DNA of 58,215 nucleotides, filler included, from Platydemus manokwari (Eukaryota), in assembly GCA_037951405.1 (NCBI GenBank). It is 5 parts of 5 records of this genome, joined end to end, with 100 filler letters (N's around TTAATTAATTAA, not from the genome) between each part and the next. Parts side by side here need not be neighbours in the genome. Positions count along the whole stretch, not along the records: positions 1 to 15,103 come from JBBMOY011348093.1; 4 more parts are not named here. One strand, written 5' to 3'. The notes beneath the pieces are model-generated. The model searched no databases. It saw only the letters and a program-made list of their open reading frames with translations, and was not told the origin of the DNA. The position numbers and the translations under genes are program-made. This document shows positions 1 to 13,645 of the stretch, piece after piece. Positions within the stretch are counted from its first letter, which is position 1; each line of letters opens with the position of its first letter.

Positions 1-1414
1 AATTTAATAATTCAACAAAATGCACGAAGAAGCTAACGATTGACACATAGAGCAAAATGCAAACCTGTAACTCTGCAAATATTGTGCTACCATTTACAAA
101 CATGAACTACGTTTGCAGCGACCGAACAGTGATAGGTCAAATGATGCAGTGACCAAGTTGTGAATAATCAAAGAGCTTCAAGCTTTGTGTACATGCTTAT
201 ACTGATGCCCTTCAAACTCAACGGATTAGGGTAGCTTTACCTCGTTTCTTTTATCGCACCTTAATGTGGTCATGCTTTCGGTTGCGCTACTCTTATATAA
301 AGTACCCTAGACTAAATAACAGAGAACACCACATTTATATATAGATACTGGATTATTAGTCAACCATCAGTTAATTAATTTTATTTCTAAAAATACATTT
401 GTTTATCAGACTATGTTTATAATTAAACTATCTGTATTGATATTATGTGTTCATATTATTATTTGACGATTTAGGTACTTGATTCAGATACTAAGAAAAT
501 TAGTGAAGTATAATCCGATACTGCTCTGTCTAAGGAATATTGATTTACTCAAGCTCGTTTCCACACCTTAATTGACGAATTTTATGATGATATATATTAG
601 AGATGCTCTAGACTGAATTAGTCATATTGATATATTAGTCTGATTATAGTGTATATTATTTATATACGTAATGGTTTTGTGGTTTTTAATGTTTTTTTCT
701 GTCCGTCGGCTGGTTGTTAAAAATATCTACATCTTTTCAGTCTCTGTGCGGGTTCTCTATGAGACCTATTTTTTTTTATTTTTTCACTCCTGCGTCCAAC
801 TATTTGTATGAAGACAAAAATGAACAGCGCAACATAATGTTTTTATAATTGATATTAACTTTAACACAATACAGTCCTTACCTTCATAAGATATTTTACG
901 GGACCATAATGTTTGTGCTGAGAAACCCCTCAAGCTAAAAGCAATCATAATAATTTTCTCAATCTCTAATCAAATCTTTCAGTCACAAATAATGAATTCC
1001 TCAATTCTTAGTCTATCAAATCAATCATATATTTGTAGATATCGAGACAAAAGACAACAATTTTTTCTATCATTAAGAATAACAGCCTGCTGTTTATTTT
1101 ACTCAGTGTTGTTTTTATCAATGTATAGCAGTAATAATTATTTTTTTAATAGTTATTTGCTTCAGTTTAAGTGAACCTTCTTCATTTTTTTCTAACTTGT
1201 TCGTAAATTTATTATTAAAAAGAAATTTAAAAGAAGAAAATATCAGTTACTAAGTAATAATAAGCCCATTGATTTACAAATAAATACCAACATGATCTAT
1301 TGTTAAGAAATAAAAATAATAAAGAATTCAATGAATTTAGGTTGAGCAATAACACCCACACATACAGACCACTACTTAAGAGAACATATTGCGATGGAAT
1401 TAAGCCTAAAAATT

Positions 1415-1836
1415 TGTTGACTACAATGAACTAAAATACACCTTTAAATCAATCGTAGTCTCTATGAGAAAAGAAAAGTACATAGTCAACATAAAACAGA
1501 TAAAATTTATTTAATATAAACATAAAAATCTTCACGAAGTGGTGGCACAAGTCCTCATATCTTTTTATAAAATTGATTAATCCTTTGATACGTCCGGTAA
1601 GGTTGCTTGTATGACATTCTTAGAGAATTTCTCGATTGTCTAGTAGATAGAGTTACTATCAGTTGTGATTGTTGATTGTTAGCTGGTTGAATGCTCTTGA
1701 CCAGGATGGTGGGTTAAGGTTTCGATTGTCGGTATTAGCTTTGTAGGTGACGTAGGCATCCTTTAGAAGTGTGGTGATTAAATAACCAGTGATGAAGGTA
1801 TCAAACAAGAAAATCTGACAGTTTAAAGGTTCAACA
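1415..1836 (-). mobile_element. Possible solo LTR
   Basis: TGTTGA ... TCAACA termini, minus-strand TATAAAAAG followed by AATAAA; TSD not convincing. Confidence 0.3.
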
Positions 1837-4569
1837 TGTTTTCATTAATTTGACTTGTTATAAATTCATTTCAGTTCACCAGCGACAACAAGCAGAAACG
1901 ACTAATGTCTCTTGAAAACATTAATTATTATTCAATGTATTATCTCCCGCGGATTTTATATAGTGAATATTTGAATTATCGACCGTATTTTTATCACATA
2001 ATTAACTCTTAAAATCCTTTAATCTATTTCTAAACCGACTATCTACATGATTGATAGAATGTAAATATTTATAATTTGAACTTGGTTTCTATTTGGTTAC
2101 TTTTACTAAATTACAATTTATCATTTAAATCGGAGTTTTGATTTTTATATTGATTTATCGATAATTAATATTTTATTATATGATAATCAGTTCAGTATTC
2201 TTATGAACAATTACTGTTAACAATAATTTGTTGTAATAAAATTATAAATCAACTGTTGTCCTTTCACACCGGTTAATGTACGTTATGTATGCTTGTTCAC
2301 ACATATGTAAACTTAATTAAGTGTTCATGAAACCCCTTCTAATTAGAAAAGGGGTACAAATTCTACTATTTCATTAAATACGAAATGGAAACGAATTAAG
2401 AACTTTAACTCACAAAGTATATTAATTAATTGATTTTCAATTGATTCCGTAATTATGAAAATGTGACTATTTGTATCGGATGATATGATTATGTTATTTG
2501 CTGTGATATTTTCTTTTGCAACTTCGACAAAGCTTAATCAAGATAAGGCTTATTTTATGGACATTTATGCTTATAGGTTTTTATTTTTATGCTATTTTTA
2601 TAGTCATGCTGTATTTCAATATTTGTAGTTTATATTAGGTATTGTAATCTCCTCAAATTCTTTTGGTATGAATGTTCAAGAGCTTTTCGCATAATAACAG
2701 ACTTACTTTCGTTAATATTCATCACGATGAATTGATGCTGTGAATTTTGTTTTCGATCTGATTTTAACTATTTTATATATAATTTTTTGAAATATAATTT
2801 AAGTAAACAGATCAGAATTCGAAAATCTGTCAATGACAATATGATGTGATAAAGGTTATTTTAATTAGCTTTTTATCTATGATCGGTTAGATAATAGTTT
2901 TTCCGCTGACAAAATCAAATAAAATATTGTTTCAAATATTAAAAAAAATATTATGTAAAATAGATGGACCTGTCTACAATTTTATTCCAAATCATACACA
3001 TGTTAAGAGAGATGTATGTTGCAAAAAAATTACACCAGAGTAAGTGATGGTCTTTGCCTTTTAACGGAAAATGACACTTGGTAATTCAATTTGATTTAGT
3101 TATTGTACCGGTGGTTGAGCAATTAGATATTTTACAGTATTGCAAAGTACCTTTATTAAAGATAAATTGGTAAGCCACTATGTATAGGGTCTAATAATCA
3201 ATTCCGATAATCGTTCCGGGACTTTGTTCTATTTCTTATTGACAATTATTAAAATCCTCAACTCCCATGGAGTGTCAAAAATTATTAAAGGATGATCGCT
3301 TGTTGTGAACTAAGTATCCAAGGTGTATATGCTGTAATAATAAATGTATTTTTATAAAAAGAACTGTCTATAATTCCTTAGTGGGTATCCAAAGCAGAAA
3401 GAAGTTAGATAGAAGACACGAGCATGTGAAATTCGTCTTGTACGAAACTTAATAATTACAAAAAACGTAGTTAATTAGACAGGTAAACTCAAATGATTTT
3501 GTAATTTTAGGATATCATGATCTCCAAATAGACTTTATTAAAGGTTTTATAATATGGCTAACTGAAATTCTTTATCGTCCAATGGAGTAATTCTTTTTCC
3601 AAAATACCTTTTAAAGATGTTCTAAAATCTCGATTGGCTTCCATTGATAAACTTTGCTAGAAATGTAAACTGAATGATTTCTAAATTATTTGTTCTCTTA
3701 AAATGTTAGTGTTGTCACGTTCATTATTTTTCCAAACAATGCTGAGCATTTATAGTACCTCTTATGCTCAGATGCGCGTGAATTATTTTATAGAATTAAT
3801 ATTCTATTTATTATATGAAAATGACTTATTTTAATAGAGTTTATTCTTCCATTTTACTTGTCTTGCTTTGTATATATTAACCCTAACTTTACCAGTTCAA
3901 TCACGATTTATTTTAATTAATCGATTTGTGTTAATCGATTTTGCTTGTCCTGGTTTCTATGTGCTACGTTTAGGCCTTATTTCTTTTGGTTAATTATCAA
4001 TATCATTTTTCACGGTTTTGACGACTTAATTAGCCTTATGTGTTCTGGCTAGGAAAGTTTCCTATTTAAAAATTAATAATGTTAGCTACTTTCTTCTTCT
4101 CGTGCGCTCAAGCTGGTGTATGAAGATTGTGAGTGCGGTGTCAACAGCGAATATGTGAGCTACTTTTATTATTTCTAAATTCCCAAATAGAACTTTTTAG
4201 GGTTATCAACTGGCTTATTATTACATTTAGTAGCTAATACTAATGTTCAAATTATTGTTAGTGCCAAATAGATAAAGTAAACTCTTCAAAATGAAAAGAT
4301 GGTGATATTGACTAATGCTTCTATATTATAAAGTTTCACATAACATGAAACTGTTATGGGTGCCTATTACACTTTCGCACACAAATGAAAAATTCAAAAT
4401 CGATATGCTTGATAAAAATATATTATAATGATATGCGAATACGATTTGGTTACACAACAATAACCCAGCTTGTCACAACTTCACAGGGATTTTTGATTTG
4501 TTGCAGTGCAATTGAATGGAAAGTTGTGATTTATATTTCACTAAAACCTACTAATCAGTACAAACACGA

Positions 4570-4710
4570 GCAACTCTAAAATTTACAAACCTCCATAAAT
4601 CAAAATAAAAACAACGAAAAACTTGGCTTCTAACTAGCAGTTGGATAAATTTCAGTCACCAATTATATCTCAGATGTGCGTGTAATTTTTGTATCACATT
4701 TTGATTTGAT
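4570..4710. repeat. Dispersed repeat shared with 42680-42810
   Basis: AAAACTTG(G/A)CTTC(T/A)AACT(A/G)GCAGTTGG ... AGATGTG(C/T)GTGTAATTTTTGTATCAC in both places. Confidence 0.65.
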
Positions 4711-6499
4711 CATTTGTTTCTCAAGTTTTAATTAGATCAATTGATTTTGTGTACTTGGTATTGGTTAATTCTTGTGTATTACTATGTGACTATGTAAGTC
4801 AGCTGTAATTGGTTGGTTGCTATGCTTGTATTCTTGTGTAGGCATGCAAATACTTAAAGTGCTAAAATGAGGATTCCAAGACCCACAATAGTTTTTCTCT
4901 TATGACATTTCATCTTTATTAAAAAATATTCGAAATTTCTTCGTTTTAGTGCAGATGAATCGGTTGGAAGGGTTTTGGAAAATATAAGATATAATGTTTT
5001 AAATAAGGTTTTTTAAATTGTGTTTGTTAGCCACTACTATTTTAAGAACCACACATTAAAAACAAACTGAAAAGTCAAGACACAATCAATCTAAATACAA
5101 ATATTTAAACAAATAATTCTAATTTTCCATTGATTAATAAAATTAGAATTACATCTGAATAGTGTTGGAATAAAATTTGAATAAAATGTTAATTAAAATT
5201 GTTTTGAATTAAATTAAAAATATCTCACAGTGTTGTAGGGAAGATAATTGAAATATTCTTACAGTAATAACTGAGTATAAAATCATTAAGATTCTGGTAA
5301 TAAAATCAGACTTATTGTCGGTAATAAAATCTTTTTTTCTTTAACCAGTTTCTAGATTTAATGGACCTTCTAAAAGTCTGTCTGGCTTAAAATTGTGATT
5401 GGGTTTCTGTTGGCTTACAAAAATATTCCATTATTTTATTTGCTGGTAATTTTATTCAATGGAAAGTTTTTGTTTCTCTTCGGTACTTCCTAGTGTTAAA
5501 TTTATCGAAGATGAATTTATTATTTTATCACGTTCTTATTGTGTTCTTATTTTTAAATATTTTTTTTGAATATTTAATTTTTAATGATTTTATAATTTTG
5601 TGTTAATGTCATACATTGATACAATGCCCAATTAAATTTTACAGTAACAGATGATATTTTCATTTGATTGATATTTATAAATGTTATGGTTGTTGTTTGT
5701 GACTTTTTGATGTTGATTGGTCCTGAACCACAACAGGAATTTTGGGTTTGAGGCTATCAATAATTTAAATCGCAATAATCGGAAAATTACAGCGCATTAA
5801 TTTGTGTATTTTATTATGTCCATCAAAGTATTTTTTTAGTTGTCGATAAAATAATCGTCAAGAATAAATTATCGTGCACAATAAATAAAATAATTTGTTA
5901 GAATGCAATAAAAAAGCGATGCATTAAATTTAATTGCAAAGAATTTCTCTCTGTCACAATAAATTCCAGCATGATAACCACATGCAAAATATCTACGAGT
6001 GACTCATAGTTGCCGATATAAGGCAGTAATCGTAATTATAACATGCACAATTGTTACGTAAGAAAATAGGTACAAGCACTCGGAATTAAGGAAGATCATT
6101 CTCTACCGGGGAACAGAATTTCACATATGCTCAGTATTTTAAAGGAACAGCATATTTAATTTCCAACATAAGGTCGTTTAATTTAAAATCACATATTCCA
6201 TCATTTACACACTTATTCTTCACTATGTGTTGAGCTTTGCTCAATACCCTTGATAAAGACACTTCCCCAATGTTGGTCATAAAGGCTTTCTTGAATTGTA
6301 GTACAAATAGCCAGTTTTTAAGTGTGTGGAGGTAAATTTAAAATTTAATCATTGTATAAAAACAGTTAAATAATATTAATCATAATAAACATTTTATTGG
6401 CAATTTGCCTTTAGTGTCAATAATTCCTTTTGGGAACATTTCAGTATATCAATAAATCAATTAAGATTTGTAGAAATATAAATAACACCATTGAAATAA

Positions 6500-6660
6500 A
6501 TAGAAGAAGCAATAACATGACTTAATGAACTAAAATAATCATCTATGCATTTCCACTTGCCTCCATTTAAGTCGTTGAACGTCAAGGCGAAGGAAGATCA
6601 ATTAGTTAAGGTTCAAATACTACCTGAGGATCAAAGGGAACTCACTAGACTGAAATAAGA
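6500..6660 (+). mobile_element. Small decayed Gypsy reverse-transcriptase fragment
   Basis: Frameshifted pieces LNEL, YAFPL and VQILPEDQRELT occur in the order of the RT motifs LN...DA(Y/F)PLP...QI...ED..KT. Confidence 0.35.
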
Positions 6661-7409
6661 TGTGGATTATAAGAGTTAAATCATCAATAAAAATTATTAT
6701 AATAATAAAACTAAAATCTCCAAACGTATTCTAAGATATAATTTTTATTTTGTCAATTCTATTTTAACTATTTTCATATATTTTAAGCTGTTTTATTTAT
6801 TTATTATTATTAGTGTCATTCTAGATATTAATAATAATGTTAATAATATCAAATTGAGCTGTCCAAAACTATGACATCTTTAATGCTTGCTATTGCTTTA
6901 GTCATTTATTGATTTTGATAATTTTATTGTTTTTTATATCTATTTATATTTTTTATGTTTTTTATATTTATTTATTATTGATTATAATCACTTATAAATT
7001 ATCAATTACATCATGATAAATGAACTGAGACATACAGCTTAACAGTAGAGATTTGTGCTTTAAATTAGGACGCAATTTTTATATGAATTGACTAATTAGA
7101 ATTTCACGAAAAACTATGATTTTTTATGGTTTTATCTCACAGAATTAGTCAACCACAACCCCCCCCCATAAACAACGATACAAACTTATTCAATGGTAGA
7201 AACCTCTGTAGATGATCGAATTACAACTGTATTTAATAATAGCAGTAATTTACCATATCTATTGGGGTAATTATTATTTAATTTCAGTAACAGCAGTTTC
7301 CAAGTTATTGATTTTTTAACTCAAAAATTTGAAAATTTAACTAATATAAACTTAATTCCGAAGATTAGAAAATATCGACGTTACTTATGAAGTTAATTTA
7401 TTTATCTAT

Positions 7410-7700
7410 AATTATTCATGCCATGCCACGCTTTGCTATGGGTCAATCTGGTTAAATTAATAACTCCTTTCGTCCATTCTTTGTCAAATAAATATTAAGA
7501 AAATATGCAAATACTAACTCAGATTAATTAGGAAAACATGAAATAATAAAATCAAAATTCTATGTCTAACTTGTGACAGTTAAAAACATGCTTGGATTCG
7601 AATGCAATGTTGTGACAAAATTTCAAAGTGTTCTGTGAAAAATCTTCGGAGTTTTTCGATTTTGAACAAGCGAACATTTATATTTTATTCATATAGATTA
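7410..7700 (+). mobile_element. Helitron/Helentron-associated short element (HINE/DINE-like)
   Basis: 5' GCCACGCTTTGCTATGG and 3' CAAAATTTCAAAG...GAACAAGCGAACATTTATATTTTATTCATATAGAT resemble the ends of such elements as I recall them. Confidence 0.4.
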
Positions 7701-7752
7701 AATTCTTAAATTAAAATGTTGAAATATTTGAGAATAATGTTATACTAATTTC

Positions 7753-8010
7753 AGATTAAGTTAAGAAAAGGATCCTCACTAATTTTCAATAAATTGCATT
7801 TTGACCTACATTGACCCATTTTTCAGATAATTCATTTTTAGTAGATTTTAAGGCTCCGATGTATATAATATTTGATTTCAAACTACTAAAATACTTCTTA
7901 ACTATTTAAATAAAATATTCAAAATAATTTCGAAGAATTTAAATAAATAAACTATATAAGTTTTTGCAATGGACTCAACATATTTAAAAATCCATTTTTT
8001 AACTTTAGCC
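7753..8010. mobile_element. Same MITE family, internally deleted 258-bp copy (opposite orientation to 27621)
   Basis: Termini AGATTAAGTTAAGAAAAGG ... TTTTTTAACTTTAGCC; perfect 8-bp TSD CTAATTTC (7745-7752, 8011-8018); shared internal TTTTCAATAAATTGCA. Confidence 0.82.
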
Positions 8011-9063
8011 CTAATTTCATTTCCATCTTAATTATAATTCTTAAAATAATTTAGTTATATGCCATAATTATAATAGGTTATCATTAACTTTAATAGTGCC
8101 AAAAATATTAATAATCTTTATGACAAGGAAAATAAAAAAACAAAAGTAAATTAAAAATAAAAAAGATCGTTGCGCATTGTGAAATGCACTTAGTCGAACA
8201 CATATAGGCGTGTGTCTACTCAAAACATTTATACATTATTGTTGATGTAAATAGAACGATTTTGACAATGATGTTTTGGTCGTTTATATTTCACCTCACT
8301 TATAAATCATTGATATCAAACGAAATTAATGACCATAATTTAGATCTCAGTTAGAAAATTTATTTGTATTTTTTAGTAATAATCTTCGTTCAATATCATC
8401 AATTTTACACACATTTAAAGCTTCGTATCACTGACAGTACTAATTTATACTAATGGAATATTCTTCACATTTCGAATTTCATTTCAAGATAGAACAATCA
8501 AAACATTTTATTAGAATTAAAACTACGAACTTTGACTAAAAATCATCTGTAAACAATCCAGTATTGAAGATTACAAAATATACATGCCAATATACATACG
8601 TCTATGTATTTCATAAACATTGATCCATTTTGGATTTTAACATCAAAACATTTCATAAACGATAATTTGTTCATCTTCATTCAATTCTATTCAATTCTTT
8701 GAAATGACTCGTTCAAAATAGATGAATGATTAACGTTTCCACTAGTTAAGCGATATTTTAGAATTGTTTTCATGGTAATTATGTAGAAAAACAAAGCCAA
8801 GCTATAAATTTAAAATTATGAAATTGACAAATTGTCATAAGGGGTAATTGTTTCATGGAAAATAGATGTGAAAACAAATTATAATGTTTTTCTTCTTTCG
8901 GCAATTTCATTAATATCAAGCAAGCATGCATCGTTAAAAAATCTTTAAAGAAATTCTTCGTGTTATTTGATGATTATGGTAAAAATTAAACTTACATTCA
9001 ACAACGATCATGTTGTACAATTCTAACAAGAAACACCTTTCTCGATTGACACACAGAAATTCT

Positions 9064-9082
9064 CAACAAATCAAATTGTTCA
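9064..9082 (+). promoter_or_regulatory. Conserved upstream motif CAACAAATCAAATTGTTCA of GPCR copy 1
   Basis: Identical 19-mer 80 nt before the copy 1 ATG and 84 nt before the copy 2 ATG, in otherwise diverged flanks. Confidence 0.5.
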
Positions 9083-9143
9083 ATATCGAAAATTAGTTTT
9101 GAAATTAATTATAAAATCAACAGAGATTTTAATTTTTTATCAA

Positions 9144-10064
9144 ATGGCATACTTTGAGGTACTCCAAGGAGTTCTCTTATCTACAGCATTTCTGCTAAAT
9201 GCTTCGTTCGGAATAGCTATGTATTTCTGTCCACTGGAGTCTCGAGTAACATCGATATTGATATCGCATCAAAGCATTATCGATGCTTGTTTATGCTTTA
9301 TTAATCTTCTGTTAAGTACTATGCCTCATGCAACTGTTACTGGGCTGTCGGTTGTGCATGCACAATTCCTTTGTCATTTTTGGATAACTCAGTGGGTCTA
9401 TTGGCATTTCGTTCAAATGTCAGTACAAAATCTCGTATGTATTGCATTGGATCGATATATGGCTGTTGTGAAAGCTTCAATTTACAAAGAAAAGCAAAAA
9501 TTTCTTTTAGTCTTTTCTTTTATCTATATTTGGACGGTTTCATCAATTGTTGCATTTCCAGTAGCTTTGCAATCGACATATGTCAACGGCTCCTGTATTG
9601 GAGTGGCCGATTTAAATGATAGTCGAATAAATGCAATTTTCAAATTTACTGCCTGTCTTTGGTTCGTTACGTGCTACTTATGTCCGACAATATTTTTCAT
9701 ATTTGTTTACAGTAAAATCATTAATGTTATAAAATCTCTAAAATCAGCAGAAGGTGACAATACCATGAGAGTTAGATTCACGATTTCAGCATTTATAATT
9801 ACTTGCTTTTTTGTTATTCTATATTCCTACGATACTACTTATTATTTACTGGGAAATATGAGAGTTGTAGTTTACACGTTCGGATCAGATTTACAAAAGG
9901 TCGGGGTATTGATGATAACGATGAATAGCTTCGTGAATCCAACAATCTATCTCTGTATGATGAAGAGCATGAGACATCGGTTTGTGAAATTTTATTTGAA
10001 ATTATTCCACTGTCCTGCAAATATGGGAAGACAATTTCGTGAAGTCAATGTTTCAAAAGGTTAA
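9144..10064 (+). CDS. Orphan class A (rhodopsin-like) GPCR, single exon, copy 1 (306 aa from ATG 9144)
   Basis: Seven hydrophobic segments, TM2 HQSIID, TM3 Cys (FLCHFW) and IALDRY, ECL2 Cys, TM7 NSFVNPTIY. Start set at ATG 9144 (MAYFEVLQG) because the paralog starts there and homology stops upstream. Confidence 0.93.
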   Translation: MAYFEVLQGVLLSTAFLLNASFGIAMYFCPLESRVTSILISHQSIIDACLCFINLLLSTMPHATVTGLSVVHAQFLCHFWITQWVYWHFVQMSVQNLVCIALDRYMAVVKASIYKEKQKFLLVFSFIYIWTVSSIVAFPVALQSTYVNGSCIGVADLNDSRINAIFKFTACLWFVTCYLCPTIFFIFVYSKIINVIKSLKSAEGDNTMRVRFTISAFIITCFFVILYSYDTTYYLLGNMRVVVYTFGSDLQKVGVLMITMNSFVNPTIYLCMMKSMRHRFVKFYLKLFHCPANMGRQFREVNVSKG

Positions 10065-10941
10065 AATTCAGCAAAAACATTCTTCAATATCAAACATTAT
10101 GCACAAGTGAACTTTGCAATTATGATTTGTTAGACACTTCTATTCCAAATGAATATTTCTACATTTTTCGAAGCCTTCGCTGACTATTTTGAACTGAAAG
10201 ATTTTATTATTTTGTCATAATTAGATATAGAAATGATAAATATTTTATAATAAATATAATTTATTGTTTTATTTATTTGATCATAAAGACTCTAAGTTAT
10301 TTTCGATTAGACATTGACAGATTCCCAAACAATGTAGATAAAGTAAATAAATCAGTAATTATTACACTCTTTTAATTCATGAGATATGTTTTGTCTTCCC
10401 AAATCTGCGGATGCTATAATGTACATTTATACATGCATAATATAATTGTTGTAATTGGTGTTATTGTATAAAATTTTTCAAATACATTTAATAATAATTC
10501 TGAACATGTGGTAAATGATATATAAGTGTCAGTGAAAATGCAGTGGACTCGATTGCACCAATAAGTGAAATTAGAAATAATATAGTCTATTTGATTCTGT
10601 TCAAAAGAAAATACTTCGAAACCAGTCTCAAAGATGAACTGAATTTTAAAATAGACAGCCCAAATCATCAATTTTCAAAATAAAGACTCCTTAATATATC
10701 AATTTCTTATTATTAAATGAAATTTATCGCTTACTTTTGGAGTTCAGTGACTAAATATGGAACTCTAAGACCCTGTTTTCATAATGGACGTTTTACAAAA
10801 ACTTATAAATTAATCTCATAATAAATAGTTGCATTTTTATTTAACTTAATAAATACTAAGAAAAGCTGACTGGATTATATAAGAATTTCTGACATCTTTG
10901 TTTATATCAATCTAATATTGTGAAATTTGATATAAAAATTC

Positions 10942-11531
10942 AGCTTAAGTTAAGAAAAGGGGTCGTTTGACTTACTTTCGTAATGATGAATTTTCGCAGA
11001 TGAGATAATTTTATATATAATAGTAATGCTTGATTTATTCGTATAATTCAGTTAATATCTTACTTTTACGATGTTGAATAAAGATAAAACATAATTTATA
11101 AACCAAATTCCTTTCCTAATCACAATACTTCTACGTTATTTTTTTTATTTTGTAAATTTAATTTTATTTAATTATAAATGAATTTAGGAAACTTATGACA
11201 TGTTTAGTAGTCTAGTATTACTTGTTTTTATCAAATAATTATAAAAATTTAAAGGACATATATCAAGTTGTTCTAGTATTAAAAAAATATCCTCGCTCAT
11301 TTTCAATAAATTGCAATTTGATCTACTTTGATACGTTTTTCAAAGTATTAAATTTTCGGATATTTTGAAACTTTAGCCTATTTAATATTTTATTTCAAAC
11401 AACTAAAATTCTTCTTAAGTAATTAAACAAAAATTCGGTGTTTTTAATGAATATAATTAAATTAAAGATTTTTACAATACATTCAACAAATTAATAATTT
11501 TATTTTAGGACCCCTTTTCTTAACTTTGACC
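10942..11531. mobile_element. Same MITE family, about 590-bp copy between the two GPCR genes
   Basis: AGCTTAAGTTAAGAAAAGGGGTC ... GGACCCCCTTTTCTTAACTTTGACC; reverse complement aligns with the 35739 copy; degenerate TSD AAAAATTC/GAATATTC. Confidence 0.82.
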
Positions 11532-13561
11532 GAATATTCATTTTACATTTTTATAAAGTTAATGTTATATTACATATTAGCGTACTTTCGGTTTGAATTG
11601 TACCTTCGTCATATTCTTTGACTTTTGTATTTAGAAAGTGTTGAGTATAGATAAAGATACTCTAATTATGTTGTCATCTCATCGCTTAAATCATGGAAAT
11701 AACATTCAAGATCGTAGGAGGAGACTGTACAATGAAAAATTTATTAAGCTATATCTAAAGATGTTAGAAATAAGGTTTTTTATAGAAAACTTGTTTAATA
11801 ATTTTCGATGAATTTGAAATAATTTCTCTACTTTAAAAATATCATAAAATGATTTATAAATTTTAAAATTATTTAAAATTAAATTGATCTCAGATTATGG
11901 CACTTCCAGTTGCCAGTTTTCTCCGAAGGGGTTGATGGAATTGAAATATTTACCTCTGAAGCTTAAATATGAAATTTCATAACAATCCACTTAACTGAAT
12001 CTGTAAAAAATAGTACAGACAGTTAGAATAGCAGATAAACACGAATAGGATTATACCATGTTAGAAATACTAAATTTATATGAACATAATCTTAAATCTT
12101 TCTAAAATTTTGCTAACTGTCATACTTCGCTTTTAATATTTAATATAATAGTCAGAAGTAAAATAATAATTATAATAAAAGCACCTGTCTCAAAACAATT
12201 GACTTTTGTTGGAGAATATAATTTAAAATAGAAATTTCAAGTTGTCCTTTCAAACTGATCTATAGATAATACATTGAAATGTTAATTTTGGCACCTGCTC
12301 TAAAGGATATTTGAAATAACCTGGAGTTCATTCTGTCATGTCTAATTAACATGTCAATACACTGATATATTCGATTCTGAGATGATTTATGGACACACTA
12401 GCAATTTGTAGTTTGTATGGTGTCTATTTACTCATGTAATCCAATTGTAAAAGTATTCTTGAACAGTCTTAAACATACACACAATGTAGTGCCGTGTATA
12501 CTGTTTGTGTGGTGACTCATTCATATAATATACAGGAAAAGATTATATATAAAGCAATAAATCATCAATTCCTACTTTTTCTATAATCAAATATTATGAT
12601 TTAGAACTAATTTTTAATCACGTAAATAATGATATTTGATGTTAGTCAAACTTCAGTAAGTTGATGCGAGTATTACTTAGTTGGAGTTATATTTATGGGC
12701 TTATAATTTACCAAATCTATTTATTGGAGATACAGTTAATAAATAAAGTCCGTAATCAACGATATAATAAATATTTTGCGTTTAGCTTTAGTTTCTATAA
12801 TTAATTATCTAAAATGTAATTTTAAAAGCTTTAATTATTGTATAGAAAAAAATATTTTTAATAAAATTATTTTAATAAGGTAAAAGTAAATAAAATAGAA
12901 AAAATAATAACGCTTATCAGTTTCTTTGAAATGATTCTTTTGATGAGTCAATAAATGAAAAAAGATTTTATCATTAAATTTACTTAAAATTCTTTCAAAT
13001 TAAAATACGAGGCAATTTTTCAAGAACTGTAAAAACAGAAATACGAAAGCCCATAGGTTTTTAATTTTTAAATTATTTTTAGCTCATTCGAAAATAATGT
13101 TTTAAATAAATCTAAACAAAAAGTTTCATATTAAACATTACATTACAAATAACATTTATGCATAATAAAAAACTGATTATGCAATAGTTACATAAACTAT
13201 TATTAATATCATTTATTCCATTAGTAAATTTAAACCAAATTTAATTTTAAAACGATTTTTTGAGTTACCGTTAAACTTAACTGTGAGAAGGATCATCGAA
13301 AAAATCTTCTTCAAACTGAAAAATCTAAATTTCGACACAACTATAATAATTAAAAATGAAAAAGAAATTTAATTACAGTTTTTTCAAATCATACTTTTAT
13401 AGACTGAAACAGGCATGTGTCTCATTTTATGAAATATTCATATGATAATTATTATTTGATCATATAATTTGAGCAAAAACTGAACTGTTACTTGAAAAAA
13501 ATAATTCTACCCGATAATCATACGAAAACTCATTAGATAAAAGTTTACACACTAAACATTC

Positions 13562-13580
13562 CAACAAATCAAATTGTTCA
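13562..13580 (+). promoter_or_regulatory. Conserved upstream motif CAACAAATCAAATTGTTCA of GPCR copy 2
   Basis: Exact match to 9064-9082. Confidence 0.5.
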
Positions 13581-13645
13581 GTCTGAAAGCTCTTTTGCTA
13601 ATTATATATAAAAGTACACCTGAAATTTCATACTTACTTTAAAAA

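Noticed and set aside
9099-9143. N-terminal extension of GPCR copy 1 given in the ORF track
   Set aside because: Begins at TTG and is not conserved in copy 2.
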